From the NCBI GenBank assembly GCA_038064475.1, contig JBBTTA010000002.1:83195-147194 (forward strand): 64,000 bases of DNA. Direction: 5' to 3'. Positions 57,298-64,000 of the stretch are shown here, piece after piece. The stretch's first letter is position 1, and the number at the start of each line of letters is the position of its first letter. Made by a program: the position numbers and the translations under genes. The stretch comes from Patescibacteria group bacterium (lineage in GTDB: Bacteria; Patescibacteriota; Minisyncoccia; Phycocordibacterales; EsbW-18). The notes under the pieces were generated by a model. The model searched no databases. It saw only the letters and a list, made by a program, of their open reading frames with translations, and was not told the DNA's origin.

Positions 57298-58386
57298 CTA
57301 TGCAGGCATTGAGGGCGGCAATGTACGCCACGGGTCTTGCTCCTGTTTTGGTGCAAACAGTTTACGACCACGAAGTACGGTATATACGAGAAGCGCAAGA
57401 ATAAGAAGGATGAGAAGCAAAACGATTCCCCCTATGAGAACCGACATTGGTGATGCGTCGATACCAAAGATACCCCCTACCGTCACATCAAAGAGTTGTG
57501 TCTGTTCGCTTTCTACTCCGTCGCGAACGACTGATGCCCAGAAATAATAGTGCTGTTTGAGAAATGGCAGAATTGCTGCAGACACCATACGTTCAGGTAA
57601 TGTTTCGCGTCCTCCACTGTCTCGCCCATGTACGTATACAAAGTTCCCCGCGGCGTCACTTGTAATACTGCGTTCAGTTGGCGTGTTGTCTTCATGCTGG
57701 AGCCATACCTTCACTTGTGAACTCTCGTACGTGATGCCTTGGAAGAAAAGTTTATTGATGTCAGCAACGCTAGGAGAATATTGCGTCACCACTGGCGGAC
57801 GTATGCGGTCGATAATACCGTCAACGGCGATATCCCCACCAGCGTCGTCTGTATCATCAGGTTCTTCATCCTCCCCGCCTGCACGCGCGATGAGCACGCT
57901 GTCACCAAATGATTCAAGAATATTTGTTCCTTGTCCATCATTCGCAAGGATAAGCCCGTTCTCAAAAGCAATTGACCCACTCCCTTCGGCGCGCACACGA
58001 AAGCGAATCGTTGCAACTTTTGCAAGATCATGTGATCCAGGGTTATGGATGAGTCCCTCAAAAACGATCGTCCCCTTGCTTTCAACGGCTGGTTTTGTAA
58101 TCCACAGATCAACCACTGATCCGTCAGAGATGATTGACATGGGCTCGAGCACTACTGGGTTGTATGACACAGTTCCTGATACGGCATTGATGAATTGAGT
58201 TCCACTGTCAACGACAATATCAACCGATACCGTTGAACCAACAACATAGGTACCACCTGAAGGGGTCAATGAAAGTGTTGCCGCATATGCAGTCGTGCCC
58301 GTAAGAAAGAATACCGCGCACAAAAAACTAAGGATGCCTAAGGTTGTTTTCTTATACGCTTCTTTTTGTGCGCAGACGTCGTGCAT
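57298..58386 (-). CDS. Cohesin-domain surface protein with C-terminal TM (paralog)
   Basis: Collinear paralog of 56236-57294. Confidence 0.75.
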   Translation of the reverse strand: MHDVCAQKEAYKKTTLGILSFLCAVFFLTGTTAYAATLSLTPSGGTYVVGSTVSVDIVVDSGTQFINAVSGTVSYNPVVLEPMSIISDGSVVDLWITKPAVESKGTIVFEGLIHNPGSHDLAKVATIRFRVRAEGSGSIAFENGLILANDGQGTNILESFGDSVLIARAGGEDEEPDDTDDAGGDIAVDGIIDRIRPPVVTQYSPSVADINKLFFQGITYESSQVKVWLQHEDNTPTERSITSDAAGNFVYVHGRDSGGRETLPERMVSAAILPFLKQHYYFWASVVRDGVESEQTQLFDVTVGGIFGIDASPMSVLIGGIVLLLILLILALLVYTVLRGRKLFAPKQEQDPWRTLPPSMPA

Positions 58387-59212
58387 AACGAACCACCATC
58401 ACAAGGACAATAAGCCCGAGGAGGATGAGTACACCCCCTATCATACCCTTACCGCCCTCTGGTTTATACACCTCTTCTTGTACATTCCCCGCATTGTCAT
58501 ATGCGCGAACGGCAAAATGCGACGATAGCGTTTGATCTTGTACAACATACGGGCTTGCTGTAGAAACCCACATTGTGTATACATCGTCTCCGCGACCACG
58601 CTCCTGTACCTCGTAGTGATCAATACCTGTCTGTTTGTCATCTGTTGCAAAAATAAGAGCGTACAGTGGTTCTTCGGGTGTCATTCCTACATTTATAAGT
58701 CCAATTGAAAATGGCTCTGGGGGTATCGTGTCCGTAATCGCTGGATCCGCTGCTGCGCCGAGAACGACATCGCGAATGATACTCGTCGGTGCTATATCAG
58801 TCTGCGTACCCAAACCGTCGTCATAAAAAACCGACACATCGCCGATGTTGATAGAAATATTGCCAGATGCTGTTCCTTTGAACACAAGCGTCAACACTTC
58901 TCCTTTCCCTGTGAATCCGCCCGGTATTGTTCCTGAAAAAAAGAGTGCGTTGTCTTTAATGGTCAGCGGTGTCACCCACAAGCTCACAATTGACGCAGTA
59001 TCACGTACATCAGAAAGTAGTGCATCTCCGGAAACCGTAATCTGTCCTTCGATTGCGTTCACTGTTTCTCCCTCAGTGTCGAGCATAAGTGAAAAAGAAC
59101 GCTCGCCGTTCTCTGGTATCACTCCTTCCTCAACCAGCAGGATTGCCGCAGATGCGTGGAACGCTCCGAAGAAAAGAAAAAGTATGAAAATGTACGTAAA
59201 AAATCGTTGCAT
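58352..59212 (-). CDS. Cohesin-domain surface protein with C-terminal TM
   Basis: VNAIEG.I..SIVSLW..FSGTIPGGF.G; DTIPPEPF..DKQTGIDHYEV. Confidence 0.72.
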   Translation of the reverse strand: MQRFFTYIFILFLFFGAFHASAAILLVEEGVIPENGERSFSLMLDTEGETVNAIEGQITVSGDALLSDVRDTASIVSLWVTPLTIKDNALFFSGTIPGGFTGKGEVLTLVFKGTASGNISINIGDVSVFYDDGLGTQTDIAPTSIIRDVVLGAAADPAITDTIPPEPFSIGLINVGMTPEEPLYALIFATDDKQTGIDHYEVQERGRGDDVYTMWVSTASPYVVQDQTLSSHFAVRAYDNAGNVQEEVYKPEGGKGMIGGVLILLGLIVLVMVVRYARRLRTKRSV

Positions 59213-59215
59213 ATA

Positions 59216-60499
59216 TTATCCAGTCCAGTGATAGGTCAAAATACTAAAGTCAGCAAGGTTTATCACACCGTCGCTATTTAGGTCATATGCTGCCGGAACA
59301 CCTTCTCTCCCTTGCCAATATGCAAGGATTGAAAAGTCGACAAGATTCACACGACCGTCCTTATTGAAGTCTCCCTTAAGCGCCCGTGTGGGACTCGCAA
59401 GATGAATAGCAAGACCAAATGGGCTTCGTGCATCCCCCACAGAGGCAAGTGAGCGAATCGCAAACCCTTCACCAAATAATTCTGGTGTTGGGAATGAGAC
59501 GCTGTAGCGTCCGTCATTATCAGACACATCTGTTTGTATCGCAAGTGTTGCTGGACCATCAGTTACAACAACAGCGACGGTTGCGTTGGGCACTGTCTCA
59601 CCAAAAACTCTAAATGTGTCGTCTGTGTTTGTCGCAAAGGAGAGTGTTGGCGGAATAAAGATACGCAACGATGACGTCAACGCTCCTTGCAGAAGCGTTA
59701 CCGGAAACGATAACAAACCGGAACGCACACCACTCGTATCGATACCATACACCGTAAAAATGTATGAGCCCGAGGATACATCACTCAACGGCACAGTAAA
59801 TGTGCCGTTTCTATCAACACTGATTTCTTTCGCAAAGATTCCGTCCTTCAGGATACGCACAATACCGTTTGGATGTGCATATCCGAAAAAAACAACGGTG
59901 GAGGTGCGTCCTCGAGAACTACTCGTGCCATCACCTTGGTCATCATCTTCGTCTTCTTCGTCCTCATCATCTGGAGTTGTGAGCGACACTGGTGTTGATG
60001 TACCGATTTGATTGCCGAACGCGTCGGCAACGACAACAACAAAGTAGTAGGTCGTGTCGGGTGTTAGATCGGTTGTTGTTGCGGCAAGATCAAGGTTTAC
60101 GTTCGTGTATGTGTATGGGCCATCTTCATCGTTTGCTGATACACCGTAGCGATAACTCGTCACACTCCATCCGAGGTAGGCTTGTGCTGCCGTCCACGAA
60201 ACGCTCGCCGTGCTTGTACCGATAAGTGTTGCGGTGAGTTGTGGTGTCACAACAACAGGGAATGGGAGAAATCCGTACTTTTGTGATGATGACGCAGTTG
60301 ATGATGTGCCGGTAAACACAAGATCGGTTGAAGTAAAGAGTCCAAAGTTGTCACTTTCAGACCATGTACCGCCTCCGCTCATAACGGGATCTTTGACAAT
60401 AAAGTTGTCGCTACGAAGCTCGGTTGCTTCTGAAACACGAATTCCCCACACCAAAAAGAGTGTGAGGAAAACGAGTGCGAAGTTGAAATATCGCAGCAT
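59216..60499 (-). CDS. Secreted FN3/Ig-like protein with C-terminal dockerin
   Basis: LTPDTTYYFVV FN3 motif; GDFNKDGRVNLVDFSIL ... DLNSDGVINLADFSIL duplicated Ca-binding loops. Confidence 0.8.
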   Translation of the reverse strand: MLRYFNFALVFLTLFLVWGIRVSEATELRSDNFIVKDPVMSGGGTWSESDNFGLFTSTDLVFTGTSSTASSSQKYGFLPFPVVVTPQLTATLIGTSTASVSWTAAQAYLGWSVTSYRYGVSANDEDGPYTYTNVNLDLAATTTDLTPDTTYYFVVVVADAFGNQIGTSTPVSLTTPDDEDEEDEDDDQGDGTSSSRGRTSTVVFFGYAHPNGIVRILKDGIFAKEISVDRNGTFTVPLSDVSSGSYIFTVYGIDTSGVRSGLLSFPVTLLQGALTSSLRIFIPPTLSFATNTDDTFRVFGETVPNATVAVVVTDGPATLAIQTDVSDNDGRYSVSFPTPELFGEGFAIRSLASVGDARSPFGLAIHLASPTRALKGDFNKDGRVNLVDFSILAYWQGREGVPAAYDLNSDGVINLADFSILTYHWTG

Positions 60500-60524
60500 C
60501 ACAGGAGTGTTACGGAAAACCCGT

Positions 60525-60959
60525 TTAGAGCTCTTCTTCTGTTGAAGTCTCTTCAGAAGTCTCGGCCGGTGCTTCTTCAGTTGTAGCTCCTTGTACCTCT
60601 CCTTCACCGATGTTCACCGGAGCAACCTCAACGACTTGATTGCGTGATGGCGAGTAGAGAATTGCTTTCTGTGCCTGTGCGTAGATCAAGACACGGTCTC
60701 CTTCCTCTGCATTTGCAAAGAATGGTTGATCTGCGAGAAGGGAAGGATCAGCAACAGTTGCAACTGTTGGAACTTCGTCTGCTGGCAAAAGAATGAGCTT
60801 CCCTACTTCTTCAACAAGTGCCGCTACTTCTTCTTCAGTAGCTGCGTTTGGATTATTCTTGAGCTCGTTGTACTTCGTAAAGAAGTAGTATGACGATGCT
60901 CCTAAGATAATCACGAGAATAACCAATATGGTAAGTGTATTTCGCTGTGATGAATTCAT
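60525..60959 (-). CDS. Conserved membrane-anchored hypothetical protein
   Basis: TM; LP.DE.PTVATV.D...LADQPFF..A..GD.VLIY..A.KAILY.P. Confidence 0.72.
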   Translation of the reverse strand: MNSSQRNTLTILVILVIILGASSYYFFTKYNELKNNPNAATEEEVAALVEEVGKLILLPADEVPTVATVADPSLLADQPFFANAEEGDRVLIYAQAQKAILYSPSRNQVVEVAPVNIGEGEVQGATTEEAPAETSEETSTEEEL

Positions 60960-61066
60960 ATCAAATTAAAACTTACAACAATAAAAAGGTGCGTTACCCC
61001 ACTACGTACCGTGCCTAAAAGTATAGCACAAAAGAATCAACGCAATATCCCCAGCACCCTTGAGTG

Positions 61067-61157
61067 CCGAAAGCACTCAAGGGTGCTTTTTCCCCAAAGT
61101 ATCAAACGCTGAGCGTTTGATACTTTTTCCACCGGTAAGGCAACGCCTTACCGGTGG
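61067..61157. repeat. Three consecutive hairpins
   Basis: ccttgagtgc-cgaaa-gcactcaagg; gtatcaaacgc-tga-gcgtttgatac; ccaccggtaaggc-aac-gccttaccggtgg. Confidence 0.65.
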
Positions 61158-61197
61158 ACGGGTCTGTTTTTTGTTCTTTGCTACGCTGGCGAAAAAT

Positions 61198-61647
61198 CTA
61201 CTCTGTTCCGTCAAGGTTTACTTCTCCTTCTGTTTCGATTGATGTTTCTTCTTCTATCACAGGCCCTGGTGGTAGGGGTGTCTGGTCTGTTTCAGTCAAG
61301 GTAATGGTTGCGATGTTCACAACCTTATCGAGTGTTGGATTATAGAGCACAGCTTTCTGTGCGATTTGATACACAAGCACCTTATCTCCTTCTTGAGCAT
61401 CGGCAAAGAATGGCTGATCTGCTAGTGTCGAGGGGTCTGCAACCGTTGCAACCGTTGGTATTTCCCCCTCCGGAAGAACAACAAGACGCCCTATTTTCTC
61501 CACAAGCGCCTGTACCTCTTCTTCGCTTGTGCCTTGATTTCCTGTGATCTGTGCTTCCGTATACTTCTTATAGAAATAGTATGTGCTTCCGACTGCTCCA
61601 ATAAGAAGGATAAAAAGAATGACAATGATTTTTGCTGCTCGGTTCAT
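61198..61647 (-). CDS. Paralog of 60525-60959
   Basis: Same PTVATVADP..LADQPFF motif. Confidence 0.72.
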   Translation of the reverse strand: MNRAAKIIVILFILLIGAVGSTYYFYKKYTEAQITGNQGTSEEEVQALVEKIGRLVVLPEGEIPTVATVADPSTLADQPFFADAQEGDKVLVYQIAQKAVLYNPTLDKVVNIATITLTETDQTPLPPGPVIEEETSIETEGEVNLDGTE

Positions 61648-61798
61648 ATATATAATGAATGGTTATGAATTGCTCGTATGGTTTAAACCCCCGTATGCCC
61701 CTTTTACTCACATGCTCCCTTACTTACATACTCCCTTATTTATGCTTAGTGCCATTAGAATACCAGATTTTCGTAAGGCAACAACAGGTACTTGGAGG

Positions 61799-62452
61799 CT
61801 AAGCCTCCAAGAGAACCTCTCTTAGGTCTTTTTCGTCCTCCTTCCTTTTTATTATGTCCTTTAGGGTATTTCTACTAAAAACCATATAGTCTGTGTTTGA
61901 TGAAAAGCGCTTAAGGACAATGTCCTTTTTACAAAAATTGGTCGTCTCAATACCAAAATACTCTTCCTTACTCGACATTGATAACTTGGAGGCTAAGCCT
62001 CCAAGTTGATGTGCTTCATGGTTAAGGTTAATGTATACGCTTAAGTGAAGGAGGTATTCATCTGTTGATACGTGTTTTGCTTTATACGGACCTTGAAAGA
62101 GCCCCCCATTTCTTTCATATTTTTCATTGAAATACATTGTGTATCCCGTCCCTAAACGTTGCATAAACTTTTCAATCCCTTTCTCCTCAATTTGCTTCAA
62201 AATAAAGTGGTAATGATTTTGATTTAAACAATAGGCAACAAATTCAACAAGCTGCCCCTTGGAGGCTAAGCCTCCAAGGGGCTTTCGGTACTGCAATTCA
62301 AAAAGACTTCCGATTGGCTCAAGGACATTGAACTCGTTCATGCATAGAAAAAATCTTTCCATATCTTCCTTGCAAAGAAAAACATCACGCTTATCCGTAC
62401 CGCGATTATAGATGTGATAGTATTCACCAGCAGCAAAAAGTGTCTTTCTCAT
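61799..62452 (-). CDS. REP-associated tyrosine (HUH Y1) transposase, RAYT-like
   Basis: YYHIYNRG, AYCLNQNHYH (HUH), YFNEKYER.G.LFQGPYKA, YINLN; surrounded by REPs. Confidence 0.88.
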   Translation of the reverse strand: MRKTLFAAGEYYHIYNRGTDKRDVFLCKEDMERFFLCMNEFNVLEPIGSLFELQYRKPLGGLASKGQLVEFVAYCLNQNHYHFILKQIEEKGIEKFMQRLGTGYTMYFNEKYERNGGLFQGPYKAKHVSTDEYLLHLSVYINLNHEAHQLGGLASKLSMSSKEEYFGIETTNFCKKDIVLKRFSSNTDYMVFSRNTLKDIIKRKEDEKDLREVLLEA

Positions 62453-62532
62453 CCTTGGAGGCTTAGCCTCCAAGGAGTATACGGATTCCAGATAAAATAT
62501 ATTTAAACTTGGAGGCTAAGCCTCCAAGTCGA

Positions 62533-63120
62533 TTAGAAACGCCAGGAGGTCATGAGGTGTGCAAGCCATGTGTCGAGGTGTGCATAGGTGGTTATTTCAT
62601 AGAGATACCCGTCGTGGATAATCCACACCTCTCGTGTTTTTCCAATACCATCGGCATTACCCCAAAACAGCAACGCTTCGGTGCCATCTCCTAATACAGC
62701 AACTTGTGGATCTTCGACAACTGTACCCGGTACATCACGGTTGATGATCTGTGGGGTGATAACTGAGACCGGTTCTTCTGGCTCATACGGTGTTATGTAG
62801 ACTTGGAATCCTTGTTTTTGCTCAACTGAAACACCGGCATCGCTTTCTCGCTGTAAAATAATTGTTTCAGCTCCTTCGCCTTCTGTGTACGCATGCACCT
62901 CAAGATCTTTAGGGAGTTCTATCGAGAAACCTCGCTCCGGGTGTGTAAATGTGGAATACCCCTCACCTAGAATAGTCCCTGTTGTCAGTGCACTCTCCCC
63001 AAACTCAAACGGACCGACCCTATCCTTGGAGGCTAAGCCTCCAAGGATAAGGAAAAGCGCACCCGCACCTAAAATAGCGAGTAGAATAAGGACTAAAAGT
63101 ATTTTGAATCTTGTTTTCAT
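62533..63120 (-). CDS. Membrane-anchored PsbP-like hypothetical protein
   Basis: TM, FTHPERGFSIELP, REVWIIHDGYLYEIT, SWRF end. Confidence 0.6.
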   Translation of the reverse strand: MKTRFKILLVLILLAILGAGALFLILGGLASKDRVGPFEFGESALTTGTILGEGYSTFTHPERGFSIELPKDLEVHAYTEGEGAETIILQRESDAGVSVEQKQGFQVYITPYEPEEPVSVITPQIINRDVPGTVVEDPQVAVLGDGTEALLFWGNADGIGKTREVWIIHDGYLYEITTYAHLDTWLAHLMTSWRF

Positions 63121-63230
63121 ATCTTCTGGGCGCCCTTGGAGGCTAAGCCTCCAAGTGGCTGGCCGACATCCGATGTCGGCCAGCGTATTAATCAGCTTGA
63201 TAATCAGCTTGATCTAATCAGCTCACTCAA

Positions 63231-64000
63231 TTAAAACATACGCACCGTGCGGAGGCGGACGTTTCCATACAAACGCACACGCAATAATCCTTGTGTGGTG
63301 ATTTCTGGAATGACGGTGTACCCACCGAGCACACCACCATCGCTTTGCACGGCACGGATGCAGTAGGTTGTATTGGGAGATGCTGTAAGATCTTTGAGAG
63401 CAAAATCCCACAAACCATCCTGACTAAAGGGAATTGTCGCAACAGAATTAGTAAAGTTGTTAAAGTTTTCAAAATCTTGTGCAACGACGGTGTGTGCTGA
63501 CCCTGTCGTTGTTGCATGTTGTGGATCTAAGTTATTTGCGGTCAAGTTGGTTCCATCTACAGGAATGGTGCTTGCTGTTGATACATTCCATGCTATAGAA
63601 AGGTCGTACTCGTCGATATCGCTGCTACCAAAATTTTGTGCCACATACATCTTCAATCCATCTGGTTTGAAAAAAAACCCAGTGGGGCCTGTGCTCTCTG
63701 AATTGATGTTTTTTGCTTGAAGAAATGATGCGGTCGAAACATCCCATGCAGTTCCGAGGTTATATTCATTAACCTCTTCTGGTACAGTTTTTTCTCCAAC
63801 ATACATTTTCAGTCCGTCGGGTTTGAAAAAAAGACCCCAGGAGTTTGTACCTTCTGCAGAAATACTCTTTGCCTGAAGAAATGAAGCAGTTGATACATTC
63901 CACGCTGTAGAAAGGTTGTACTCATTCACCTCATTGTCGCTGGCCCCAAGTATATACATTTTTAGTCCGTCGGGTTTGAAAGAGACTCCATCTGGGCCTG
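63231..64000 (-). CDS. Beta-propeller repeat protein (5' end beyond window)
   Basis: ~50-aa repeats GLFFKPDGLKMY..EVNEYNL.TAW.VSTASF. Confidence 0.75.
   Translation of the reverse strand, partial: GPDGVSFKPDGLKMYILGASDNEVNEYNLSTAWNVSTASFLQAKSISAEGTNSWGLFFKPDGLKMYVGEKTVPEEVNEYNLGTAWDVSTASFLQAKNINSESTGPTGFFFKPDGLKMYVAQNFGSSDIDEYDLSIAWNVSTASTIPVDGTNLTANNLDPQHATTTGSAHTVVAQDFENFNNFTNSVATIPFSQDGLWDFALKDLTASPNTTYCIRAVQSDGGVLGGYTVIPEITTQGLLRVRLYGNVRLRTVRMF

Larger units (their letters stand above)
61791..63155. repeat. Seven copies of 21-bp REP palindrome CTTGGAGGCTWAGCCTCCAAG
   Basis: Copies at 61791, 61985, 62258, 62454 (inverted), 62508, 63025, 63135. Confidence 0.92.

Noticed and set aside
61791-63155. 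21-bp repeats as a CRISPR array
   Set aside because: Spacing is irregular (54-517 bp), copies lie inside ORFs, there are no cas genes, and an adjacent RAYT explains them as REPs.
63570-64000. ~150-bp DNA repeats as a DGR template/variable repeat pair
   Set aside because: The repeats are in-frame beta-propeller blades, differences are not adenine-specific, and no reverse transcriptase is visible.
1-64000. Alternative genetic code (UGA read as Gly, as in Gracilibacteria/Absconditabacteria)
   Set aside because: Conserved genes translate at full length under code 11 with no internal UGA.

Overview
This window is chromosomal DNA from a reduced-genome bacterium, most likely Patescibacteria/CPR (Parcubacteria-like). 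That assignment rests on gene content, a TGS-less ThrRS, the EF-P type, the pilin cluster and apparently leaderless genes. The genetic code is standard. Housekeeping genes present: dnaE, thrS, ftsK, recA, efp, rpsF-ssb-rpsR, metG, gatCA, ligA, tyrS, mutY, recO, ileS. It also carries a type IV pilus/competence locus (pilM-N-O, pilB, pilT, pilC, pilins, pilD, comF), an S-layer-like protein, a cohesin/dockerin surface cluster, a RAYT HUH transposase with its own REP palindromes, and six tRNAs. The most unusual signal is around the tRNAs. (1) A family of ~145-185 bp structured elements sits upstream of tRNA-Thr, tRNA-Asp and tRNA-CAT (twice), each bounded by a duplicate of that tRNA's first 9 nt. 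(2) A second family sits at tRNA 3' ends (Asp, CAT, fMet, Ser). It shares a TCGTGACC-ending hairpin, usually duplicates the tRNA 3' end, and carries a tRNA-specific inverted copy of the T arm. The Ser copy bounds an integrase-free island with a viperin-like gene. (3) A 195-nt group I intron interrupts tRNA-Thr(GGU). Other notable items: an HTH gene next to ftsK densely filled with an AYGTCCTTTA motif, heptamer-repeat hairpins encoding the leader peptides of all four minor pilins, and DnaA boxes at nearly identical spacing in the S-layer and major-pilin promoters. All calls are from reading the sequence only; no searches were run.
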